A stretch of DNA of 62,150 nucleotides from an uncultured Clostridia bacterium. Lineage in GTDB: Bacteria; Acidobacteriota; Blastocatellia; UBA7656. The stretch spans positions 1-62,150 of the forward strand of contig CAZOOE010000001.1 in assembly GCA_964581275.1 (NCBI GenBank), read 5' to 3'. The position numbers and the translations under genes were made by a program. The notes beneath the pieces were generated by a model, which was not told where the DNA came from, did not search any database, and was given only the letters and a program-made list of their open reading frames with translations. This document shows, piece after piece, positions 31,836 to 41,730 of this stretch. How positions within the stretch are numbered: the stretch's first letter is position 1; each line of letters starts with the position of its first letter.

Positions 31836-33943
31836 CCAGGCCTCAACTCAAAACGCGATTTACTTCTGTCGTCACCCAGGCGAATCTCGCACTTGTGGTG
31901 CTTGGCGGAGTGTTGTTTGTTCTGTTTCGCTATAGCCTCCACAGTCTGCAAGCCGACAGTCAGGGTCTGGACTACATTGTCTGGTTCATCAAGGTTGCTT
32001 TGATTCAATCGGGCGTTTACCTCGTCGCTGTGTGGGTGGTGTGGCGCGCGTCCGCATCGCGGTCAACCTTGCTAATCGTTCTGATCTTCGCAGCGCTTTT
32101 TCGTTTGACCATGTTGACGGCGCCGCCGCTTCTTTCAGATGACGTGTACCGTTATGTTTGGGATGGCCGCGTTCAAGCGGCGGGAGTCAATCCGTACCGA
32201 TACGTACCCGCAGACGAGGCTGTGGCGCCACTTAGAGACGAAGCAATTTATCCATACATCAATCGTCGCGAGTTCGCTCCGACCATGTATCCGCCGGTGG
32301 CGGAGGGAATATATCTGCTGACGACGCGAATAAGCGAATCGGTAACTTGGATGAAAGCGACGATGGTTGGGTTTGAAGCGATCACGATGTGGGCATTAGT
32401 GGCATTGCTGGCTTCGTTCGGTTTGCCACGGCAGCGTGCGCTGATCTATGCGTGGCACCCGCTGATCGTTTGGGAATTTGCCGGAAGCGGACACGTTGAC
32501 GCCGCGGCAATAGCATTCATAACTCTTGCGTTGCTTGCGCGCCGACGTGGTCTGGAAGCGGCGACGGGTTTGGCGTTGGCATCGGCGGCCCTCGTGAAGT
32601 TTTATCCGGCGATTCTGTTCCCCGCCTTCTATCGCCGCTGGAGTTGGAAAATGCCTGTTGTTTTCGGACTGACGGTGATCGTCGCTTACGTGCCGTACCT
32701 CACCGTAGGGGCTCAGGCTGTGCTTGGATATATACCTGGGTACATGGCCGAAGAGGGAATGCGAAACGGCGAACGATTCTTTATATTGTCGCTCGCACGC
32801 AGGTTGTTCTCGGTACCAGCGCTTCCAGAAACAGCCTTCCTCATCTTCGCAGGGTTCATTCTTGCCGGACTTACTCTTCGGTTTTTGAGGAGGCGGGGGC
32901 ACACCGAGAGCCATTACATCGGGCGGGCTTTGACGCTTGCGGCGATATTCACAATCCTGCTTTCGCCCCGTTACCCTTGGTACTTCACGTGGCTCATCCC
33001 TTTTCTGTGCGTCGCGCCGTCAGCGCCGCTGTTCTACGTGACTTCGGCCAGCTTCATGCTTTACTCATTTTGGCTCGGCGAAGCGGAGCGGCGGCTTACA
33101 ATTGATCTGGCGTTGTACGCTCCGCTTGTTTTCATCACTGCATTGACCTTTTGGTTACGGTGCGAGTCGAAGACGGCCGCCCGTGAGAAGCAGCCCTCGC
33201 AACTTGAGAAAGAACATGCCATGACAGCAACGACAGCTGAGGTACCAGTAAGAGTTCGCGTATCGGTTGTGATTCCTGCTCTCGACGAAGAAGCAACGAT
33301 CGGAGAGGTGGTTCGCGCCGTACCACGGGATATCGCCGGCGAAGTGATCGTCGTCGACAATGGCAGTCGAGATCGCACGGTCGAACGCGCGCGTGACGCT
33401 GGGGCCCGGGTCGTTCGAGAGTCGCGACGCGGTTATGGCAGCGCGTGCCAGGCTGGCGTTCGCGCTTGCGCGTCGGAGTGCGATATCGTCGTCTTTCTCG
33501 ATGGTGACGGCAGCGAGTATCCCGAGTCGATAGTCAAACTCGTCGATCCCATCCTAGACGGTACGCACGACTTTGTCATCAGCTCGCGCCTGCGAGGACG
33601 GCGTGAGCCAGGCAGCATGCACCTCACGCAGGTCATTGCGGGACGTGCGGCTGGTCTGCTGGTAGGGCTTTTATATGGGGTGTCTTACACAGACATGGGA
33701 CCGTTTCGGGCAATTCGGCGCGGTGAACTCGAACGACTTGGAATGCGTGAAATGTCTTATGGCTGGCCTCTGGAAATGCAGATGCGCGCCGCCAAAGCCG
33801 GTCTGAGAATACTAGAGGTGCCAGTAGATTACCGGCGGCGTGCCGGCGGCGAGTCAAAAGTCTCAGGAACGGTACGCGGAACGATTCTGGGAGGTAGCCG
33901 GATTCTTATGACTGCGGCCCGTGTCGCGCTGGAACGGTCGTAA
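31832..33943 (+). CDS. Fusion protein: N-terminal polytopic GT-C-like (DUF2029/GT87-type) domain plus C-terminal GT2 (polyprenol-phosphate sugar synthase-like) domain
   Basis: The first ~450 aa have more than 10 TM helices and SDDVYRYVWDGRVQAAGVNPY. The C-terminal VSVVIPALDEEATIGEVV...VIVVDNGSRDRT...VVFLDGDGSEYP is GT2. Confidence 0.8.
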   Translation: MTRPQLKTRFTSVVTQANLALVVLGGVLFVLFRYSLHSLQADSQGLDYIVWFIKVALIQSGVYLVAVWVVWRASASRSTLLIVLIFAALFRLTMLTAPPLLSDDVYRYVWDGRVQAAGVNPYRYVPADEAVAPLRDEAIYPYINRREFAPTMYPPVAEGIYLLTTRISESVTWMKATMVGFEAITMWALVALLASFGLPRQRALIYAWHPLIVWEFAGSGHVDAAAIAFITLALLARRRGLEAATGLALASAALVKFYPAILFPAFYRRWSWKMPVVFGLTVIVAYVPYLTVGAQAVLGYIPGYMAEEGMRNGERFFILSLARRLFSVPALPETAFLIFAGFILAGLTLRFLRRRGHTESHYIGRALTLAAIFTILLSPRYPWYFTWLIPFLCVAPSAPLFYVTSASFMLYSFWLGEAERRLTIDLALYAPLVFITALTFWLRCESKTAAREKQPSQLEKEHAMTATTAEVPVRVRVSVVIPALDEEATIGEVVRAVPRDIAGEVIVVDNGSRDRTVERARDAGARVVRESRRGYGSACQAGVRACASECDIVVFLDGDGSEYPESIVKLVDPILDGTHDFVISSRLRGRREPGSMHLTQVIAGRAAGLLVGLLYGVSYTDMGPFRAIRRGELERLGMREMSYGWPLEMQMRAAKAGLRILEVPVDYRRRAGGESKVSGTVRGTILGGSRILMTAARVALERS

Positions 33944-34154
33944 GCGAAACAGAAGTTAAACTGTACGCCCGTCATCACCGCATCAAGTGCTGGGAAAGGA
34001 TGGCTAGTTTTTGATTATCTTGCACAGCGACATGTTAAGAGACTCGATTGCATTGGTGATGTAGACAGCTGCCGAACTCTTCGCGAAAGCCGAATATCGG
34101 AACTGCTATAGCCCAATTCGCTTTGGCACAAAAATCCACCCCAAGATCGGCCTG

Positions 34155-35126
34155 TCATTTCCCTTCGAGAATGCCCTCTTTGACCACCTTGAGCGACATT
34201 GGATCAACTCGGTCAAATACGTTAAACACTGGAAGACTCGGCGGAGCCATTCTTTTGATATCATCATAAACCGGAGGCGAAACCAGCAGGACATCTACCG
34301 AATCAATTAAGTCCTTCACTCTTGATTCTTCTGCAAGGATACAACATGGTATGCTGGATCGAATTCCGAGCTCGGCACTAAGCATCTCCCTGTAGAAGGA
34401 GATCGATTCCTGATCTCGGCAAATAAATCCAAAGCGAGAAGACTTATCGAAAGCATCCAGCGCTCGCCTGGTTTCGGTTGACATGTTAGTGATCAGAAAA
34501 TCTATCTTGACCGTGATGTGTGCCAACGCATTACGAACCTCGGTGATGTGAAATCCGGTTGTTAGCACCGCCTTTATTCGCCCTTTGTTAGATTGTATCT
34601 TCTCTACTTCTTCTCTGAGTTCCTCCACTAGCACCGGTCTAACATCTAAGTCCAAGTGGAGCCTAAGCAGCTCAGAGATTTCCCTAATCTGAAGCTGATT
34701 GCATTCGGTAAAGACCACGATTTCTTTTGGGTTCTCTGAGCAGATTTCACTCAGCGACTGATCGAAAGTCCTCCTGATATCTTGCGGGTCGATATCATGT
34801 TGAAGAAACCGCCGAATTAGACTCTTGATTGAATCGGTCAAATCAGAATCATAGTCATTATTCCCCGTAGGGATCGAGCGCGAAGTCCCATGTCCGTTCG
34901 CGAAGGTTCCCCTGCCTCGTCCGCAGGATACAAGACCTTCTCGTTCAAGCTCCTTATATGCTTTGCGCACCGTTTCGAAATTGATCTCTAATGTCTTCGC
35001 TAAATCTTTGACGGTCGGTAACCGCTCTCTATTCTCAATTGTACCTGTCGAGATGTAGTACTTGAGCAGATCTTTGAGCTGCAAATAAAAAGGAACCTTA
35101 CTGCCCTTATCGATGAACCATTTCAT
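34155..35126 (-). CDS. GntR-family transcriptional regulator with a C-terminal ligand-binding-like domain
   Basis: The wHTH is LPTVKDLAKTLEINFETVRKAYKELEREGLVSCGRGRGTF. The gene is visibly more AT-rich than its neighbours. Confidence 0.8.
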   Translation of the reverse strand: MKWFIDKGSKVPFYLQLKDLLKYYISTGTIENRERLPTVKDLAKTLEINFETVRKAYKELEREGLVSCGRGRGTFANGHGTSRSIPTGNNDYDSDLTDSIKSLIRRFLQHDIDPQDIRRTFDQSLSEICSENPKEIVVFTECNQLQIREISELLRLHLDLDVRPVLVEELREEVEKIQSNKGRIKAVLTTGFHITEVRNALAHITVKIDFLITNMSTETRRALDAFDKSSRFGFICRDQESISFYREMLSAELGIRSSIPCCILAEESRVKDLIDSVDVLLVSPPVYDDIKRMAPPSLPVFNVFDRVDPMSLKVVKEGILEGK

Positions 35127-35236
35127 GGCTGCGATCCTCTTCTTTTCAGTGTTCTCTGGATGTCTCGCTCCTCCCCTTGTCCGCTGAACATCAAGGGTCC
35201 GCCCCTACCGACCGAGATTGTATATATCTGTCAAAA

Positions 35237-35278
35237 CTAGGTCAACTATTAGAAAACCTATCTCGATAGTTGGCCTAG
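35237..35278. promoter_or_regulatory. 13-bp inverted repeat CTAGGTCAACTAT-N16-ATAGTTGGCCTAG (12/13) in the GntR/TBDR divergent region
   Basis: Read from the sequence. It lies between divergent genes and is a candidate GntR operator. Confidence 0.35.
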
Positions 35279-35363
35279 ATGAGCGTTCTAACCCTAACAA
35301 AGCTTGCAAAAAAGGATGAACCTACAGGTTTGCAGAATCTTTGATTAACTAACGCACATCTAC

Positions 35364-35391
35364 TTGACTTATTAACCTATATTAATATACT
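35364..35391 (+). promoter_or_regulatory. Sigma-70-like promoter for the TonB-dependent receptor
   Basis: TTGACT, a 16-nt spacer, then TATACT. It is about 65 nt upstream of the ATG at 35456. Confidence 0.4.
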
Positions 35392-35455
35392 AGTGAGCCC
35401 GTGCTGTCCGTTAGGGCATCGGGAAACCATTCCAACACTCACAAAGGAGAGGTCT

Positions 35456-38400
35456 ATGAAAGCCGCTCGCTTCTTGATTTTGGTTCTGATCGCATCTTTG
35501 CTACCCGCGAACGCTTTTGCGCAGACTGCGACGACTGCGAGAGTTTCAGGCGTAGTGACGGACTCTCAAGGCGGCGCAGTTTCAGGAGCTACCGTCAAAC
35601 TCATCGACAAAGCAACAAAAGCAGAGAAGACCGATGTTACGAACAACGAAGGCCGTTACATCTTTGCATCGGTCGATCCAGGCATCTATGATCTGTCGAT
35701 CACCGTGCAGGGATTTCGCACGACAACGGTGCCCGACGTCAAAGCAGACATTACCAAGGTGGCTACCGTCGATGTTCAGCTACAGCCTGGTGGGACTTCT
35801 GAACAAGTCACGGTCACCGCGACTGGAGAGGTCCAATTGCAAAAGGACGATGCCACAGTCGGCAACGTAATCGAAGGCGATCGCATCAAGCGGTTGCCGC
35901 AAGTCAATCGTCAAGTCACTTCGCTGCTTTTGCTCCAACCGGCAGTGTCGCCGGGAGGCGAAGTCGCAGGGTCACGCGGCGATCAAAATACCTTCAGCCT
36001 TGATGGCTTGGATGTTTCAGACCAGGTCGGATTCAGAGGCTCACTGGGGACAGTTGTGCCGGTGCCATCGGAATCCGTTGAAGAGTTCCGAGTGGGCGTG
36101 GCTAATCCGAATGCCACATTTGGGCGTTCGGCTGGCGGGCAAGTGTCATTAGTCACCAAGCGCGGCACAAACGCGTTTCACGGTTCAGCTTACGAGTATC
36201 ATCGGAACGACAACCTCAACGCCAACTCGTGGAGGAACAATCGACTCGGCTTAGTTAGGGCCCCACTGATAGACAATCGGTTCGGCTTCTCAGTAGGAGG
36301 GCCAATCTGGAAGGAGAAGACTTTTTTCTTCGGCAACTATGAAGGCAGGCGAGTCCCCGGCACGGCATCAGTCACGCGCATAGTTCCAACACAGAGCTTC
36401 CGCGACGGCTTTCTTCGATTCAGCGACGCCTCGGGCGTAGTAAGAACTTACGACCCGAAGACTTTTGACCCACGCGGTCTCGGCTCAAACCCCAAAATAC
36501 TCGCGTATGAAAGGAAGTTGCCGCTGCCGAACGATTCTACGGTTGGCGACGGGCTGAACACTGGTGGCTTCACCGCCAACTTGCCTTCTACGTTTCGTGA
36601 TAATTTCGGGGTGCTCAGGCTTGACCACCAGATCAATTCCAATTGGTCGGTAGAAGCGCGGGGCACGCTGTACCAAAGTACGGCACTCAGCCCGGGTCAG
36701 GCTGACATCGTTAATCTTGCAGCAGGGGCAGCTACCACTCAGCGACCTAAGAACCTGGTGGTAGCGGTTACTGGAACTCTTCGCCCCAACCTGGTCAATG
36801 AAATACGCATCGGCCACGCCTTTGACAACTTTGATCTGAAGGTGATCGATCCGACGACGATTGCTGGATTCAACGTTGCGGTGAACGTGGCTGGTGGTCT
36901 GCTTGATGAGGCAATTGACGTCGATACCCAGCGCGCACGCCGACAGTCACTGGGGGGCGGCACGACGCAATTCATTGACAACGCGACGTGGGCCAAAGGA
37001 ACACATACGCTTCAGTTCGGAGGCAATCTGCGACGCATCTCCACCTTCCATTTCCGCAACGATAAGGTGATCGGTTCAATCTCAACCCCTGTGGCGTCCA
37101 TGGCCGCCGCCAACGGCGTTGTGATACCAGCTGCGCAACGTCCCGTTCCGTGTAGCGCGAGTGTGACGACAAATTGCCTGCAGGCAGCGGATGTTTCCCG
37201 ATACAACAACCTCTACGTTTCGTTGCTAGGGATCGTGGACAGCGTAGCCTATCTTGCGACGCGCGATGCCAATCTCAAACCCAATCCAATCGGCACAGGC
37301 CTGGTTAACAACGCGAAGTTGCGTGCGTGGGAGTTCTACTTCGCTGATTCGTGGCGGATGAAGCCGTCGCTCACGCTCTCGTACGGATTGCAGTACCAGT
37401 GGAATACGCCGCCCAAAGACTCGTTGGACAGGCAAACAGTGCTTGTTTTTAAAGATGGCAAAGAGCTGATTGACACGCGGGATTACCTGCGGCGTAAAGA
37501 AGCGGCGGCCCGAGCGGGTGATATCTTCAACCCCGACATTGCGTATATTCCGGTGAAGGAGCTGGGCGGCCGGGGCGTTTTCAAAGTCAATCGCAAAGAC
37601 TTCTCGCCGCGCCTTTCGGTTGCCTGGCAACCTTCATTCAAGGAAGGTTTGCTCGGGCGCTTTTTCGGGGAAAGGCGGACAGTCATTCGCGGGGGATACG
37701 CGCTGCTTTACGACCGCTTCAACACTGTGTCGAGCGTCGTCGTTCCTATGCTAGGAGTCGGATTCGCTCAGACGCTCAATATCACGGCCCCAAAGAACGC
37801 TGCGGGCCAGCCATTCCGAGCAGGGATAGACGGTGATATTCCCGTACCGGTAAACACGGCGGTAACCTCACCGGTCGTGCCCGCGAAACCATTCGGCGAG
37901 CTTCTCTCGTTTACTGTGGACCCAAACATCAGGGACCCCTACAACCACGCGGTTGACTTCACCATTCAACGCGAGCTGCCGGGAAGGATGTTGTTAGAGG
38001 TGGGTTATATCGGTAGATTCGCGCGTAATCTTTACCAAAACGTCAACCTGAACTCTGCGCCTTACTTCCACAAGGACAAGGCATCCGGCCAAACGTTTGC
38101 ACAAGCCTTCGATGCAGTTGCAAGAGCGCTGCGACCGGGCGGTTCAGGAACAGTGCAGTCGCAACCCTGGTTCGAGAATCAGCTATTCGCAGGCGCAACA
38201 GGGTTTCTTGCGGCGAACTTCCGTGGCGACTTCATTGTGGGCAACATCAACAACATCTGGAATACGGGGATTGACTTTATTCCCTTCTTGGGAATTCCGA
38301 CAAACAAGGGACCGTACAACAATGTACAGTCGCTTGACTTGTTCATACGGACGAGCCTCGGCCGGTCGAACTACAACGCCTTGATCGTCACTTTGCACAA

Positions 38401-39166
38401 GCGAGCCTCTCACGGCTTGACGTTCGATTTCAACTACACGCTGTCGAAGTCACTTGACCAGATAGGTCAGATACAGAACTTTGTTGGACAGTTCTCCAGC
38501 AGCTTCGACGGGAACATCGACTATGCCCCGTCAGACTTTGATCGTACGCATATCGCCAATGCAAACTTCGTGTATGATCTGCCGTTTGGCAAGAGTCGTC
38601 GCTTCAGCACCGGCAACTGGATCGACAGAGCAATCGGCGGATGGTACGTGTCAGGGATTTACACTGCGTCAAGCGGTCTGCCGCAGACCGTTGTGCAAGG
38701 CTTCCAGGTTTTCGGCGCCGGAGCTATATTCGGCACCGGCACCGGCGCAATACCACTGACGAAACCTAACTTCGGCAACAGCGTCCACACAGGCGTCGCG
38801 GGTTCGGGAGGCGTCGGAACCACGGGCAATCCTGCTACAAGAGGATCGGGAGTGAACGCGTTTTCCAACCCGGAAGCGGTATTCAAGAGCTTCCGTCCCC
38901 TCAACATTGCCGCTGACGGCCGCTCCGGACGGAGCGTGCTGCGCGGGTTTTCGAGGTGGAATCTCGATCTGTCAATCGGAAAACTGACGACGATAAAAGA
39001 GCGCGTGAAGTTCGGTATCACCGCTGACTTCTTCAACGTGTTCAACCACTCAAACTTCACCAATCCTTTTCTTGACTTCACTAACCCCGCTTCGTTCGGT
39101 GTAGTAACGTCAACCCTAACGGGCTCTGAAAGACAGATTCAACTCGGCGCCAGAATCGAGTTTTAA
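35456..39166 (+). CDS. TonB-dependent receptor (CarboxypepD_reg + plug + large barrel)
   Basis: An AAGGAGAGG Shine-Dalgarno precedes the start. The signal peptide is MKAARFLILVLIASLLPANAFAQ. SGVVTDSQGGAVSGATVKL follows, and the C-terminus is QLGARIEF. Confidence 0.9.
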   Translation: MKAARFLILVLIASLLPANAFAQTATTARVSGVVTDSQGGAVSGATVKLIDKATKAEKTDVTNNEGRYIFASVDPGIYDLSITVQGFRTTTVPDVKADITKVATVDVQLQPGGTSEQVTVTATGEVQLQKDDATVGNVIEGDRIKRLPQVNRQVTSLLLLQPAVSPGGEVAGSRGDQNTFSLDGLDVSDQVGFRGSLGTVVPVPSESVEEFRVGVANPNATFGRSAGGQVSLVTKRGTNAFHGSAYEYHRNDNLNANSWRNNRLGLVRAPLIDNRFGFSVGGPIWKEKTFFFGNYEGRRVPGTASVTRIVPTQSFRDGFLRFSDASGVVRTYDPKTFDPRGLGSNPKILAYERKLPLPNDSTVGDGLNTGGFTANLPSTFRDNFGVLRLDHQINSNWSVEARGTLYQSTALSPGQADIVNLAAGAATTQRPKNLVVAVTGTLRPNLVNEIRIGHAFDNFDLKVIDPTTIAGFNVAVNVAGGLLDEAIDVDTQRARRQSLGGGTTQFIDNATWAKGTHTLQFGGNLRRISTFHFRNDKVIGSISTPVASMAAANGVVIPAAQRPVPCSASVTTNCLQAADVSRYNNLYVSLLGIVDSVAYLATRDANLKPNPIGTGLVNNAKLRAWEFYFADSWRMKPSLTLSYGLQYQWNTPPKDSLDRQTVLVFKDGKELIDTRDYLRRKEAAARAGDIFNPDIAYIPVKELGGRGVFKVNRKDFSPRLSVAWQPSFKEGLLGRFFGERRTVIRGGYALLYDRFNTVSSVVVPMLGVGFAQTLNITAPKNAAGQPFRAGIDGDIPVPVNTAVTSPVVPAKPFGELLSFTVDPNIRDPYNHAVDFTIQRELPGRMLLEVGYIGRFARNLYQNVNLNSAPYFHKDKASGQTFAQAFDAVARALRPGGSGTVQSQPWFENQLFAGATGFLAANFRGDFIVGNINNIWNTGIDFIPFLGIPTNKGPYNNVQSLDLFIRTSLGRSNYNALIVTLHKRASHGLTFDFNYTLSKSLDQIGQIQNFVGQFSSSFDGNIDYAPSDFDRTHIANANFVYDLPFGKSRRFSTGNWIDRAIGGWYVSGIYTASSGLPQTVVQGFQVFGAGAIFGTGTGAIPLTKPNFGNSVHTGVAGSGGVGTTGNPATRGSGVNAFSNPEAVFKSFRPLNIAADGRSGRSVLRGFSRWNLDLSIGKLTTIKERVKFGITADFFNVFNHSNFTNPFLDFTNPASFGVVTSTLTGSERQIQLGARIEF

Positions 39167-39257
39167 TCTCGCTTGTTTCCCTTAGCGGCGAGCCTTTTCA
39201 GGCTCGCCGCGCCCTTTTCAAACAATGGAGCCTACGTGTCAAGAAGGTTTGGTGTTT

Positions 39258-40052
39258 ATGATGACTAGAAGCTTGCTACTGGCCTTCGCACTTGTTGCGC
39301 TCGGCGCAGCACAGAGCGGAGAGTTTTGGCAAAAGAAGGAGTATCGGCACTGGTCCGAAAAGGAATGCAGAAGATTATTGGAAGATTCGCCGTGGGCTGC
39401 CCGACACACGCTAACTCAGATTCTAATCGAGCCGCTCCAGAGACCTGGGATCGATCGTCAAGAACCGAATCCGGCTTCGCCTGATGTTCGCATACCGAAT
39501 CCCGGCCGATCAGATGACACTGGGCGCGCGCGCGAGGCCCGACCTGAGATCACCTATCAAGCGCAATTTCGATCCGCGCTGCCCATCAGACAAGCTCAGG
39601 TGCGGCTGGAACAGATCAGAGTGAACTATGATCAGTTGCGGCCCGAACTGAAACGTGTAGCCGATCAGAGAGCAGAGAACTTCCTGGCCGTGCGCTTCCC
39701 TGAAACCGTCGTGGTGCGCGTTTTATACGGATCGAACGTGCAGCTCGCTGATCGAGAGTTAGCCCGTCACTGGAATACCCAAACAACGGATACGTTAAGG
39801 AACTTTGTCTTCCTGATCGGATCGGGAGGAGAAAAAGTTCCACTGCTCAACTACCGGGTGGCAGAAGGCGCAGCCCGTGAATTTGAGCTGGTCTTTCCGC
39901 GCGAGCACAAAGGCCGTCCTCTGGTTGGCCCGCAAGACAAGTTACTGCAATTGGAATTCCGTCACCCCGCTGTTCGTGGGCAGAAAGAGTCTCTGGTCTT
40001 AATCTCATTCAAGGTGGAGAGAATGCTATTCAAGGAAGCGGTAATCTACTAG
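39258..40052 (+). CDS. Secreted hypothetical protein
   Basis: The signal peptide is MMTRSLLLAFALVALGAAQS. No family was recognised with confidence. Confidence 0.55.
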   Translation: MMTRSLLLAFALVALGAAQSGEFWQKKEYRHWSEKECRRLLEDSPWAARHTLTQILIEPLQRPGIDRQEPNPASPDVRIPNPGRSDDTGRAREARPEITYQAQFRSALPIRQAQVRLEQIRVNYDQLRPELKRVADQRAENFLAVRFPETVVVRVLYGSNVQLADRELARHWNTQTTDTLRNFVFLIGSGGEKVPLLNYRVAEGAAREFELVFPREHKGRPLVGPQDKLLQLEFRHPAVRGQKESLVLISFKVERMLFKEAVIY

Positions 40053-40093
40053 GGTTACCCTCCGGTGACGTCATCAGATCAACTGGAGCACAA

Positions 40094-41311
40094 ATGGTAA
40101 TCGGATCAGGATGGGATCGACGTCGGTTTCTTAGCACATTGGTTGGAGCCTCGGGAATCGCAATGACAGCCGCACAAAACACCTCATTTTCACTCTCGAA
40201 CGCAGCCAACGTCTATGAGCACCTCGGCGTTCGGCCGTTGATTAACGCTGCAGGGATCCTCACGATACTGGGTGGCTCGCTGATGTTGAAAGAAGTTAAG
40301 CAGGCTATGGAAGAAGCTAGTCGCCGCTTTGTCAACCTGCGAGAGCTACAGCAAGCTGCGGGCGGATCGATTGCCAAACAGATCGGCGTGGAGGCAGCGC
40401 TTGTGACTTCCGGCGCGGCAGCCGCATTGCTCGTGGGCACGGCGGCCTGCGTTACCAAGGGCGACCCTGATCGAATCCTGCGGCTACCGGACACCACCGA
40501 TATGCCGAACGAAGTAATTGTGCAGCGTACACACCGCCATCACTTCGATCACGCTATACGCAATGTAGGTGTCCGACTTATCGAAGTCGAGACTCGCGAA
40601 GAACTCGAAAAAGCTATAACTCCCAAAACAGCAATGATGCATTTTTTGGTTTATGCCGACAAGAAGGGCCGGATTGGGATGAAGGAGTGGATCTCAGTCG
40701 GCAGGAAACACGGCATACCGAATCTCCTTGATGCGGCCGCGGAGATACCACCGGCTGGGAATCTGCGCAGATACACCGATCTGGGTTTCGACCTGGTGGC
40801 CTTCAGCGGAGGCAAGGCGTTGCGCGGGCCGCAATGCTCGGGCCTGCTGTTGGGCCGCAAGGATCTGGTTCAGGCGGCCTTTCTTAATGATGCACCCTTT
40901 TCGGATACCATCGGTCGAGGTTGCAAGGTAGGCAAGGAGGAGATCATTGGATTGCTGACGGCCGTGGAACTCTTCTTGAAGCGAGACCATGTCGCCGACG
41001 AAAAGCGCTGGACAACGATTGCTGCGTACTGGGAGGCTGCGTTACGCCGGCTCGCGAAGATCAGCGTGGATCGAATCGGGCCGGAGAACGCAGGTAATGT
41101 GCCCTACCTGTCCTTGAACTGGGACCAGAGGACAAGGGGCTTTACCCACGAAGACTTCCTTAACAGCTTACGTATTGGAGATCCTCGAATCGAACTCTGG
41201 CTCACACGTGACCGGGGCGTATGTCTTACTCCGTTCATGCTTGAACCTGGCGAGGAGAAGATCGTTTTACGACGAATTATTGATGTGTTCAAAAGCTTCT
41301 CGATATCGTGA
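40094..41311 (+). CDS. SelA-like / DgaE-like PLP-dependent enzyme with a twin-arginine signal
   Basis: It has DRRRFLSTLVGASGIAMTA. AFSGGKALRGPQCSGLLLG gives the Lys of the SelA-like fold type I. Confidence 0.7.
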   Translation: MVIGSGWDRRRFLSTLVGASGIAMTAAQNTSFSLSNAANVYEHLGVRPLINAAGILTILGGSLMLKEVKQAMEEASRRFVNLRELQQAAGGSIAKQIGVEAALVTSGAAAALLVGTAACVTKGDPDRILRLPDTTDMPNEVIVQRTHRHHFDHAIRNVGVRLIEVETREELEKAITPKTAMMHFLVYADKKGRIGMKEWISVGRKHGIPNLLDAAAEIPPAGNLRRYTDLGFDLVAFSGGKALRGPQCSGLLLGRKDLVQAAFLNDAPFSDTIGRGCKVGKEEIIGLLTAVELFLKRDHVADEKRWTTIAAYWEAALRRLAKISVDRIGPENAGNVPYLSLNWDQRTRGFTHEDFLNSLRIGDPRIELWLTRDRGVCLTPFMLEPGEEKIVLRRIIDVFKSFSIS

Positions 41312-41388
41312 AGACCCATCAACATCATCCGCAATCGGGTTGGCAGCGGCTGGTGAATAACTTAATTGCTGAGGGTAGCTCTAAATAT

Positions 41389-41688
41389 ATGACTTCCATC
41401 TGCCACAACGTCGGAATCGGGATCGCCATATTGGCGGCGGCGCTGATAACGTCGGCTCCGCCGAGGGCAGAGGAAAGCCTTTCTTTGAAGAATGCGCTCG
41501 AAGCAGCGAGGTGGATCAGGTCTTCCGCAATTCAGACAGAGACGGGAGTTGTTTGGCCCGCTGATTCGCGCGATCGAAACACAGTTAGCACTGATTTGTA
41601 CAATGGCATTGGCACTTGGCTCCTTCATCTGGATGCTTTTGAGAAGGGCAAGAAGGAAAGCATAGTGCTTCCTGATTCCCCATTTTGA
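41389..41688 (+). pseudogene. N-terminal fragment of a LanC-like protein
   Basis: After a signal-like start it reads LKNALEAARWIRSSAIQTETGVVWPADS...DLYNG, then loses similarity and stops. Only ~100 of the expected ~400 aa remain. Confidence 0.35.
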
Positions 41689-41730
41689 TTCTGAGCATAC
41701 CTCATTAATAAGGTCATAGCGGGAAATGCG

